A stretch of DNA of 64,000 bases, from assembly GCF_006345805.1 (NCBI RefSeq), contig NW_021836126.1, positions 324,484 to 388,483 of the forward strand, given 5' to 3'. Every line of letters starts with the position of its first letter. Position 1 is the first letter of the stretch. This document shows, one piece after another, positions 50,470 through 61,539 of the stretch. The notes under the pieces were generated by a model. It was not told where the DNA came from. It searched no databases and was given only the letters and a program-made list of their open reading frames with translations. Source of the stretch: Octopus sinensis (taxonomy: Eukaryota). Position numbers and translations under genes: made by a program.

Positions 50470-51557
50470 TGACATTGTTAAAATGCCGGAAACTCTGATT
50501 TGTTTTCCTTCGTCGTAAATAAAGGCATCAGAATCGTCAAGACTTTTCTTACTGGAAATCACCTGAATTCGAAATTAAACTTGGTCGGAAACCTCAATAA
50601 CTTTAATGTTTTTCTTTAGTCCGTGAAAATGTAATAAACGAGGAACGTATTCTTCTGGCTTTACATGAGTGAAACCTGATTCAGCTCCTCCCGACATAAT
50701 GCTTATATAAAACATATAAGACATACACAATCTCTTTAAAATAGCTAAGAAACAGATCCGATTCGTAGCCCTGTACTTGTCGGTATTGAATCGCTCTATC
50801 ATCCAAATAAGTGTCCAATTCCACAGTTTTGTAGGCAGCAGTTCCTTACTCGTCCTATTGTTCAAATGCTAATTCAAGCACTCACTGGAGTACTGTAGGA
50901 ACCAATCCAAAAGTGCAGATCATATGACAATTCCTGGGTTCGAATCTCACTGTCATCATTCCGGCCGAAGGTTCCATGCATATTACATGCAGCCCGGATT
51001 GACGAGTGACGCCGTCAACAGTGATACATCACTGCGGAACCGGATGTCTACATCGCCACAAGCGATAAACACAGATGGAGCAGAGACATCGTTCGTTCGG
51101 ATTCCCCTCGTTCGGATTAGCTAGTTACTAAATAACATGTTCTCTCTCTGTGTTGCACATGCGGGGCTATAAACATTATGGCTTTCGTGAAAAGTGCTAT
51201 AATAAATAAAATAATAATATGACAATTCTCTGCTGTTTTTAGTTTTTTTTATAGGCTTAGGAAGTTAGGGTGATAAAAATACATTTATAATTATGTAGGA
51301 GTCACCATTATAAAATTTCCCGTACAATTCAACATTCCAAGGCGTAACTTTAAAATTCTCGATACATTTAAATTGAATCTTGCCACAATTCTTCAAATTT
51401 TCAAACTTTCTTGGTCACTGTTTTCCCAGGCAGGTTCGAGTTTTGAAGCAGATTCTACGGGTTTGAAGACACGGCTACTTTTAACACTCCTTTCAGTGTC
51501 ACTTCCAAACAAGGCTAAATTAGTTTGCTGTATGTCGTAAATTTTGACTTTTTTCAT
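50470..51557 (-). pseudogene. Gelsolin-like pseudogene split by a SINE
   Basis: [49 protein letters not shown] at a Trp and TAA at a Tyr position. Confidence 0.9.
50934..51216 (+). mobile_element. 5'-truncated tRNA-derived SINE-like insertion
   Basis: 12-bp TSD ATATGACAATTC at 50922-50933 and 51217-51228, B-box GGTTCGAATC, A-rich tail. Confidence 0.8.
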
Positions 51558-51825
51558 TTGATACGGAATAAATTAATCTGTTTTAAATAAGCGAATCGGA
51601 TTTCCGGCTGCGTATTATTTCATTGAATTAGATAAATAAAAATAAATTCTAACCACTGAGTTACGAATACGCGTTAACCAAAAAGAAAGCATCTTTTATC
51701 GTCTCAATCTTTGAAATTCAATTTACCGATCAAAATTAAATTAAAAAATAAAATCTGATTAATTTTAGTGATAGCTTGCTTCGCTCACCGCGACCTAGCT
51801 CCTGTGGAGAAGTTAAAGTAGATAT

Positions 51826-52340
51826 ATAAAACAACCTGGTTTGATGTAGCTCTATTCTAACGCCTCGTGATAAACGATGTTTATCGTCTGTCCTTCCTTG
51901 TCATATATGAATAAATTTTTTCTTCTGCCTACCCTTGACAGCTCTCCATGTGAAAAGCACTCGCTCTCTAAAATAAGCCAACTACCTTTAATAGCTGTCC
52001 CTGAGCCTGTTAATACTCTCGCTGTCGTTTTTATGAATATGTTAAAAATAATTTTTTATTTTTTTGCCTGGAAGGTTTTAAAGACCTCATCATGTGAGTC
52101 GAGGACATATTTGTTGTTCATTTTAACCAAATTGCAGAAAATGATTTTTGGAGGGAAGGTTTTAGGTACCTCATCATCGATGACATTTTGATATGTTAGA
52201 TTTTGAGTGGAAGGTTCTTGGAAGACCTCTTTATTAGCTAATTATAAGGGGAACAAATTTTCACAATTTATTTGTATTTTCCTAATTTGAAGTTGATGTC
52301 CACAGACAGACTGACAGACACACAGCATATTATTTAGATA
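51826..52340 (+). mobile_element. Helentron/HINE-like element, near-complete copy
   Basis: 5' hairpin GATAAAC-GAT-GTTTATC, ~2 degenerate 95-bp units, CAGACAGAC tract, ATTATTTAGAT end. Confidence 0.6.
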
Positions 52341-52429
52341 AAAAAGATACGGTTAGGTTAGCTACATGCCACTTTTTAGCGTTTAATTTTGTATTATTCA
52401 ACCAATACCACCGTCTAAAAACACAAAAT

Positions 52430-53270
52430 AACTAATCAGGTGATCCCAGCTTCTCTAAGAGGGTCCTCATTTTTTCCCTGGCGTTCTTCCCTTTTTTCCA
52501 TACATTTTTTGTGGAGGCGCTGCGGGTGTGTCATCGGGTACGTCGTGCCCACGTTTCTTCACCAGGTCTCCTCAAAAGTGGCAGCATTTAGTTGTTCGTT
52601 TGGTTCTTCTAGAGTTTTGCACATTCTTGATTGAATTTTCGAAATTTTTCCCCGAATAGTGTAGCTGATCGTATTTCCCCACGCTGCGCAGGCGCAACTA
52701 ACTGTGGGTTCAATTTACTGTTTATAGACGGTTTGGGAGTGGCGAGGCTCGTCCACTAAACTCTAAGTATGCTGAGTTTCTCACTTCGACAGGAAGCAAT
52801 CCTTCTCCTGATGCCATCGATAAAGACCATGGTAGGATTTTCTGAGATGCCAGAGGAAGGGGGATAAGTGATATCCCAGGAAATTTTATATTTGTTGATT
52901 TTCGCACGTTCCGCCTTGTTCGCCTTATGGCCAGAGGATAGACCGACGAGATAATATGCGACGCTGGGAACGTGCCCGTACAAGTAGATTACCCACGAGT
53001 AACCTGCCTTCTCGGAATGGAAAATTTTCGTCTACTGTCGTCATGCAGCGGCATTTGTGTGTTAGGCACTGGTTCAATCAGATTCGAAGATTCTGGGGAA
53101 GACGTCTCCGATTAAGGTCCTAGTGGATGTAATAAGAAATAGTTGAGAGTGTGTAAATTCTAAAAGATAAGGGCAACGGCTCCTGGAGATTAAGGAAAAG
53201 CGGGTTTGAGGACTAAGGTTCAATAGGTCCAACTCATTGTCTTCAGACAATTTCAGTGAGCCTCGCAATA
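52430..53270 (-). mobile_element. Possible DIRS-like gag relic
   Basis: KPSINSKLNPQ...TLFGEKF resembles DIRS ORF1 as I remember it. Stops present. Confidence 0.3.
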
Positions 53271-53394
53271 AACTCGGATGATCAAATACATGTCTTTTGA
53301 AAGATACTCAAGCGACTGAAACCACTACGCCCTGAAACTAGTTCGTGTATTTTCGATTTATACTATACAAAGATCGAATTGTAAATGACTTATT

Positions 53395-54865
53395 TTACAT
53401 ATTATGTGTTTTGTAAATAATCTTCATTAGTGTTCTTTTAGAAATACTTTCTTGGAAAGCTAAAATATGAAAAATACTTTTTTCTAAAAACTCATGAATT
53501 TTCGGATTTGAGACAAGTAACCGACATATAGACCGATTCTCGCCACAAAGGGAATATCCATCAGCAAAATCAATGAAAATTCTCAAATATCCGTCAGTCC
53601 CAATATAGAGTAAAGTGGGATTTATATCATGCCCACAAAGTCTATAACGTCCTTTGAAAAAATAATAACCAAAAAGGCAACCAACAAGAAACGATAAAAC
53701 TTGCTGATTAAATTTCGAGCAGCATTGAGATCCATCTGCACAAATAACACTAAGGTTGCCATCTCGAGTACAAATATAAACATCATCAGCTTCTTTGGGA
53801 ATATTATCGATGATTGACTGTATTTAAATGACTACTCTCGCACCATATTAGTCATTTTCTGCAAATCTAAGGTGATTGGAGACAAAATTGAGGAAGAAAT
53901 GACCAAATTGTTTTCGATTAAGTAAAACTTGCCTTCAAATATCAAAGAGGGAAACTACCATCACAGGTGACACAAGCCAATCTTTTTCGGTCTTCATCAT
54001 AGCAAATATCGCCCAAGATTCTGGTATCGCTTGGGAGGTATGACAACTCAGGGTCACCGTCATTAAGCTCTGGTCTGAATATATCAAACGAAAGAAACAA
54101 TCGGAATATTTTTATCTCTTTGGATGGCTGGGAGTCCTTTTTTGGAGGAAAAATGTGCTCATTCAACTCGAGGATTTGAGGCGAGATGCTACAACCGAGG
54201 ACAAGTCCATTTTTATCGTGAAGAGTAAATGAAGAGATCTTGCAGTAAATAAGTTCCCATACCTCCATTGGAATAGGAATTGATCTTATTTTTGTAAAAT
54301 GGTAATTATCAACGTTATATATCAACATTTTATCGTTTTTGTGCAGCAGTATTAACTTCAGCTTTTTCTCGGCCTCTGAAAGATGACAAAAAATGTCCAC
54401 CAATGTATCGAAGGACGGCGGACTTTGGAGCAGAGTTAAGTCGTTGTACCGCGACTCGGTTGTAGTAAGATAGATTGGCCGAGGACGGACTCTAAAATGT
54501 TGGCTGACGCCTAAGTACTGTCTTTCGTTGTGTATGACTGATTATTTGAGCGAGTCCGTCAGTTGTCAGTATAACAATTATAGACTTTCCGGGGGCTGCC
54601 TTTCCAATAAGAATTATATAAATCTATAAATTATGTTAATTTATAACAAAGCCCAAGTCTGAGAGTTTGTAATTTGGAAACGTTTCAGTGCCTTTAAAGA
54701 TCATTAATGTTCCTTGTAAACTGCCGACGACAATCTCGTCTCTCTAATTATAGATTGATCTGCAAATACCGAGTCGTTGTCAGTGTCTCCAACTGCCAGA
54801 GATTTTCTAGAGAAGTTGCCAACGATTTTGATTAGTCTCTGATTGCGCAAGGTAAAATACTTCAT
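53395..54865 (-). CDS. ITFG2: ITFG2 (KICSTOR subunit), 8-10 introns of ~18-30 nt
   Basis: LAVGDTDND|EIVVG, LACVTCDG, ICTRDG, PTLLY. Splices in frame with GT-AG throughout. Confidence 0.8.
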
Positions 54866-55222
54866 CAAGTAAATTTATATAATATTTTTAAATTATTATG
54901 ATAATTCTTAATAGTATTTAAATACAATATAAATCCCAAGTTGTTCATTTATTTAAAACTTACAAATAGGTAGGAGTTTGTCAAAATAAAAAAGGCAGAA
55001 ATTATGATACTGAAAAGGTATAATTATATATGAAGTAGTACGCATTGTGATCCTACTATCAACAAAGAAAAACTGATTGAATGCGAGTAAATACAAAGAT
55101 CCACCAATCGTGAATAATGTTTAATTCAGTTAATAATTCATAGATATGTATGCTGGGCTTTCAACTAGGATGCATTCTTTTAAACGATTTTTCTGTATCA
55201 CTGGGTGTTTCCCATTAACAGA

Positions 55223-55480
55223 TACATCCATTTTAAATTGATTGTTCTTCTTCCCTTTTTCCCTACTTAGTTTTACATCCATTTTAAATTGATTGTTCTT
55301 CTTCCTTTTCCCTTTTTTTCTACTTGTTTTACATCCATTTTAAATTGATTGTTTCTTCTTCCTTTTTCCCTACTTAGTTTTACATCCATTTTAAATTGAT
55401 TGTTCTTCTTCCCTTTTTCCCTACTTAGTTTTACATCCATTTTAAATTGATTGTTCTTCTTCCCTTTTTCCCTACTTACT
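55223..55480. repeat. 51-bp minisatellite, 5 copies
   Basis: TACATCCATTTTAAATTGATTG at 55223, 55274, 55330, 55381, 55432. Confidence 0.95.
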
Positions 55481-55589
55481 TTTTCCACCTGGCTGACTCT
55501 CTCCGTCGGTCTTTTTCCTTTGGATGGACCTATTCTCCTCCAGGCCAATATTTTGGCATAAAAATCTATTGTTGTTCTCAATTTGTATG

Positions 55590-56020
55590 CCCTCAAGTGG
55601 ATTCTTTATAGCTATAGTCTCTATATGGATTTTTATTATAACTGAGGGTATTTTGATGCTGTTTTTAAACCTTGCTGACAATACAGTTTCAAGGTAACAT
55701 CAAAGCCATTATTTCATTTATAATTGTTGACCATCGCTAATTAACTAGCAAGAAGTTCATATTCGTCCATCTTATCAACTTCTAGGTGTTTCTGAAAAGT
55801 TATCTTAATAAAAAATGATGGTTTTCTTCTCTTCCAGTACAAATATATCCGACTATTTAGACTGGACTTTGGTTTTCGTATTTATTAGTCTATCCACACG
55901 TATTACTTAATTTTAATGGGTCATTAGCGATTGAACAAGTGAGTCTTTAGTTTTTTGATTTTTTTATCCTATATTCTTGACAGAGACGCTCACCGCTTCA
56001 TTATGGCACTTAGATAATCA
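55590..56020 (-). mobile_element. R4-like RLE relic
   Basis: KKLKTH, DIFVLE, YELLAS, IETIAIK across frames. Confidence 0.6.
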
Positions 56021-56089
56021 CTATTCAGGATTTGTCACTATACCATTTTCAGTTAAAGTTTAACAATTTTTATATTAATTTTGACATCG

Positions 56090-56527
56090 ACTCGGCGGGA
56101 TTTCCTTTGGTTCTCGAACCACCGGGCCTTGACCGCGGTAACGGGAAACGTCCTGACGGGATGACCCTTTTCCCTTTTGAGGGTGGAAAAGGCCTCGTAT
56201 AAGACGCAACCTGCTGGGACACTTTTTCTGCTTCTCATTTAACTTCGTGTGCTCTGGAGGCTAAATCTGCTGCTAAGAAGCTGAAGATTTAAAAGCTTCC
56301 AATATTCTGCCCTTTCAAAAAAGTTTTTCGTGGTGCCGATAGCGGTAGAGACGTCGGGTGCTCTTGGTCCTAAGACGGAAAAGTTCCTCCGCAAGCTCGG
56401 AGCCAAAATCTCAATGCGCACTCACGATCCTCGGGAGGTGGACTGGCTATTGCAACGGTTCTCGATCGCCGTTATCCAGGGGAACAGTTTGGCGATCCGC
56501 CAGACCTCTGGCCTTCCCTTCGATTAA
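56090..56527 (+). mobile_element. CRE-like RLE 3' fragment
   Basis: [35 protein letters not shown]. Confidence 0.85.
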
Positions 56528-56760
56528 TCGATATTAATTGATAAACTCACCAGAAATTATTAGTTAAAATAAAATTTTGACATTCAATATTCAAATTTTA
56601 CAATGCGGTATTCAATCAAATTTGAAAATGTGATATTCAATTTTGAAACTTTTTTCATCAATTTTGATATTTTTATGTTGATCTTGACTTTTGCCGATTT
56701 ATCATTTATTTTATATTTTCTGATTTGACGTTTTTGTTTTTGTAAAGAAAAAATTCAAGA

Positions 56761-57560
56761 GTGTCAGAAGCTACAAGAAAAGCACTTATAAATAAGAATG
56801 AAAAGGATGGCGATTATATACAACTTGCTCGCGATCTTGGTGTCAAGAGGACAACAGCTATAACCATTGTAAAAAGTGGAAATCCGTATTTTTGTAAACG
56901 TGGAGGTAGAAGGGATGCAACGATTAAACCTACGGATGATATGAATTTGATAATTGAAAAAATTGAGAATAATCCATCGATTACATTGAAGGAATTACGA
57001 AAATTGGTAATTAATAAAGTTTGTATTGGAACAATATAACCGACTTGATTACCTACAAAATGTCGCGAAGAGAACCAATTTCAGGAATAATCCTGAAAAT
57101 ATAGAAAAATATTTACATTGGATTATCAACGTAATACAAATAGAAAAATACATCTGGACGAAATAAATTTCAATCTCTACATTAAAAAAATTCGGCCGAT
57201 CCTATATAGGATCACGTGCGATAGTTCCAGTAAGGGCAAGCAAAGGAGTGAATCTTAACGTCACTTTAACAATTGATGACAATGGAACAATGTGAGATTT
57301 GAATCACAGATTGGATCTATAAAATCCAAATTTAGCAATTTGTGACGGCATTATCTGACAGTTTAGCTGGAGAGGAAATTATTATTTGTATGGAAATTTT
57401 GAAGGCGTGCGAGTAGAATATACAATTCGAAAAGGCTGTTTTTCGATTCTGAAGGCTGGGATAAAGACGTATTTATCAAATCACAACAATCCTCATAACA
57501 ATGTTTATGCAGCAGGAAATGGAACCCTGACGGAATTTCGAACATTATTACTACAAAATG
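56761..57560 (+). mobile_element. IS630/Tc1-like transposase relic
   Basis: LARDLGVKRTTA, RGGRR, IENNPSITLKEL, DEINFNL. Confidence 0.75.
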
Positions 57561-57589
57561 AGTTAGAATATTCTATGAGGACCTGTCGA

Positions 57590-60292
57590 GCCAAGTGAGA
57601 GTGAGTAGTGATGGAGTAGTTTTACGGGGGGAGTGTGGGGAAACAGAGCGAGTGAGCGTGTGGTGGGACGGTTGAGAGAACTGAACGAGAACGTGGTGGT
57701 GAGTGTAGGACGGGGGAGTTGACTATGGAAGTGTTGAGTGAGTATAGGCATTGTGGTGGTGACGGAACAACATCGAAATGAGTGGTGTCGTGGGGCGAAT
57801 ATTCTCATTGATTTTGTGTAATTCGTTGGGCGTGTTTGGGTTGGTGAGTTGGTTGTGATTGTCAGACAAAATATTCTGCGACTTTGGGGAGGCTTCACAG
57901 TGTATGACACGGAACGGGATTGTTCCTCGCCTACTGTTCGTGATTGACAAGTACATTGCGGAAGTGTGATCTGGAGTGGTGATATACGGACGAGCGTCCA
58001 GCGACATCGACGATACGACATGTACTCGACACAATCGTGATCAACGTTTTCCCAAGTGAAAGCAATGAATGGAATAAACGAGCATCCCCCGATGCCTATC
58101 TGACTCATCAGTAACCATCACTCATCATTCAGGCAGTTCGTCCTTCTCCATTGATGCCTCTTTCGGCAAGTACGAGGGAGGAGGAGTAGTCAGGGCTGTC
58201 AAAGGTGCCCGTGGTCATGTCCTTCGTAGGCCTCCCCCTCATTGTAGAACTCTCTCCTCCTACTTCATTGACGACTGTCCTTCCGAATATGCCTCCCACT
58301 CATTCAGGCTTCCGCACCTCCCAATTATTCGTCCCGACTTATCACCGAATGCCCTCAGTCAGGTATGAGGTTTCCCCCTTTCTCCACCAGACTGATACTC
58401 GTGCCTTCCAACAACTGCCCAGCTCCTCCCTCCAACCCTCTTCCTCTCTTATTACTGTGGAGCATGCCCTCTGCCCCATGGACGCAGTCATTGGGAGTCT
58501 GTGTGCTCAGGAAGTCTTCATCAAGGGATGCACGGCAGTTCACATCCCATCCACCAGTGGTTTACTTCTCGACTCTCTGCTCCCTGTGTGTCCCCGACAC
58601 AGGTCTGGTACACCCCGGCAATAGATATGCTGGCCCAGTCCATCTTTTTGGCGACCAAGTAGAACAGACTCATGTCCCTCAACATCGTCGGCATGGGCGC
58701 CATTGGCTGTGAACCTCCTCAAAAACTTTGCAATGATGGGAGTGAGTTGTGGCTCCGGCACTACCTGGGTCATCGACATGGAGAGAATCGAGAGGTCCAC
58801 CACAACAGACAATTTCTCTCTCCGTTCCACCGATATGATGCGCCCTAAATCGACCACTGCAGCTGCGAGCTCGAGCAATCAAGGAACTGAACAAGGACAT
58901 GAACATCCAGGCATTGGAGTATCAAGTCGGCATCCTATATTTCTACTTACTGATTTCTATTCAACAACCAGTTCTAACGCTTCGACAGACTTTGTCCTCA
59001 CTGTACTGCCCTCGACAGACTTGACGGGCACTCACGGAGCAAAGGGGCACTGCCAGCCTGACATTCCCCACCTCACCGAGTCATACTTCTCCAACGACCC
59101 CATCACTCACGACTTTGCCTTCTGCACTGTCCGACACTTCCTCAATTCCATTGAACATTGCATTCAGTTCGCCCTCGACTATTTCCGCGGGGTCTTCTAC
59201 AAACCAGATCGAGGCCGCCCACAAATATACTCTTTCTCTCCTCACTCCTCTGTTCCTCATCCACTTGTCCTCGCTCTCGGATTTCTACCACCCCTGCACG
59301 CTCCCTTTGATTGGCCCCTCCTCATGCGCGTCTCCTGGGCCTTCCGACAGTTCCATGACCACTTTACCAACAATATTTCACAGTTACTCCACAACTTCCC
59401 CCCGATCACGTATTCCCCACCCACACTCACACAGACCACCCACCATTCACGACTCCCTTCTGGGCTCCCCCCAAACGATGTCCTTCCCCCATCACTCTCG
59501 ATGTCGCCAATGTACTCTCCTTTCCTCATCCCAGCCTACTCACATACATATATATCACTCTCGCCGCACACCTCCGAGCACAGTCCTTGGGAATAGTCCC
59601 TCAGTCACTCTCGTCGTGGACATACTCCAGTCACTCACAGTCCCTGTCTTCACTCCCCAGGAGGGACTCGAGATTGGCGGGATGACCAGCAGCCTGTTGA
59701 CCCGGGGGGATGATGTCGGGAGGACTTGGAAAAATGTTTGGTGGAGGACAAGAGCAGGGTCACTCTCACTCCTCTGCAGTACGACAAGGACGACGATGTG
59801 CATGCCCAGTTTTTGACGTGTGTGGCCAACCTGCGAGCACAGAACTACGGAATCGAACCGACGACGGTCTACAATGCTCGATTCGTGTCGGGAAAAATAG
59901 TCCCGGCAATGGCGACAACCACTTCTCTGGTGGTGGGATTGGTGTGCCTGGAGTTTGTACAAGATTGTGCAAAACATGACTGACTTGGAGTCCTACTCGA
60001 GCACATATTCGGGACACGGCTGTCAACCAGTTGCTCAAGTGCACTCCAATCAAGTGTCCTGTCTCCAAGGTTGCCTTCTTTGTTCATTAGGTTACCATGT
60101 TTTGCCTGGACTTTGTGGGATCGCATTGAGATCACTCATAAAATGACTTTGTCCCAATTGTTCGAGTACTTGAGGGACGAGTATCGATTCAACGGTCGAC
60201 GTGTTGTCTCAGGGAAATGCCATTTTATATTCCTTCTTCATGCAGCAAGAGCACAACCACCTAAACAGCGCACTCGTATGGCCATGGAGTAA
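57590..60292 (+). pseudogene. UBA1: Ubiquitin E1 (UBA1) pseudogene, heavily decayed
   Basis: DLSSQ, LRELN, AQEV, LLKNFAMMGV, DMERIERS, IQFALDYF, YDKDDD, GKIVPAMATTT, WTLWDRIEI. Tiny introns and many indels. Confidence 0.9.
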
Positions 60293-60579
60293 CCAACTTT
60301 TTTAAATACAACGAGTTTCATTAACATTATTTCCTATCCCTAATCAAGAGTTGTCTATTTTGGCTTTCTAATTACTTTACTTGTTCAATTAATTCCATCC
60401 ACCCTCCTGACCTTCCAAGTGAGTAGGGATGGCACCTCCTTCCCTGGCTTTGTAGAGGAGGTCAAGTCCATAATACATAGAATCATCTACAGTACCCCTA
60501 CCAGTCCATCGATTAATATGACTTTACACTAGTTCAAGGAATAATCCGAATAGAATGAATAAAATAAAAAGTGAATGAA

Positions 60580-61020
60580 CTAAGCCTCTTCTCCCCACGA
60601 ATCCTCCTGGCGAGTTGAATGTCGGATACCATAATGGTCACTCGTTTCGCATGAATAGCACACATGTTTGTATCCTCAAACAAACTGACGAGATACGCCT
60701 CAGATGCCTCCTACCCAATTACTCCACCAGTCCAACCTGGAGTGCCCCAATGGCCGAGCTTTGGATCTCTCAAATCAGTCTTGTAGTGTTGTGCTGTTTC
60801 CCTCACTAATCTTTGGAAGGGAAGCTTCCTTATCAGCAAGTCCGTGCTTTTCTGGTATCGTCTTATTTCCTTCATAGCCAACGCTCCCGCCCGAAATCTT
60901 CGCGGCGTTTGAGTCCTGCTGCCGCAGTAGCACTTTTACGGGCAGTTTTCACTGACAGCTGCTTTCTTGGCACCTTTGCTCCCGACGATTTGCGTGTGCT
61001 GTGTGCTTGGTTCGTGCCAT
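60580..61020 (-). pseudogene. H3: Histone H3 (H3.3-like, one 26-nt intron) with frameshifts
   Basis: [36 protein letters not shown]|[18 protein letters not shown]. Confidence 0.9.
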
Positions 61021-61539
61021 CAATCAGCCTAAACATGTCAACAAGCATACACCACTAAAATTATCTAATGTGAATAAATCTAGGCAGGAAATATCATTAA
61101 TGTGATCCAGTCAACAAACTATATATTTTGAAATATATATAATATATATTACCAGCTGGCCATCCTCAATCCAATTCCATTTACCCTCCTCCTCTGAGGA
61201 AATTGTAAGCCAATCTTTTCACTGGCGGCGAATATCCTATTAGTATGACTATATTTTGATTTTTTAAGTATTAAATTAAATACATATTTATGTATATATA
61301 AATATTTGTTTACGGATGTTGAGACCCCAAATGCTTCTTAAAGAAAGCGTACAGCTCATTAATTTTATCAATATTGAGTTTGCTCCAAGTAGAAGAGACC
61401 ATTAGAGAGAATCCTTTTTCTGTGCCGAGGCAATTTAATTACTATTTAACTGGACCGTTGTAGAATAAGGAGCACACGGTTTTGAATTGTTTTTTTTTTG
61501 AATTCTCCAAAGCAGTCCACTCATAATAAAAGTTGCCTC

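Noticed and set aside
50934-50960. Functional tRNA gene
   Set aside because: Only a T-arm is present. The upstream sequence is gelsolin exon and TSD.
50955-51050. Twister or hammerhead ribozyme
   Set aside because: CCGG..AGCCCGGA and TGACGA..GGAAC are only partial look-alikes and conserved core residues are missing. An Infernal scan would settle it.
3780-51557. TAA/TAG reassigned to Gln, since GFEP*IR falls at a Gln site
   Set aside because: Gelsolin has TAA at a Tyr and TGA at a Trp site, DDX56 has TAG at a non-Gln site, and GTF2F1 ends with TAA at the homologous C-terminus. This is ordinary decay.
1138-56560. Sequence-specific CRE targeting of HINE ends or SL RNA genes
   Set aside because: The 3' flanks at 19.6, 48.8 and 56.5 kb share no target motif, and no SL or snRNA gene was recognisable.
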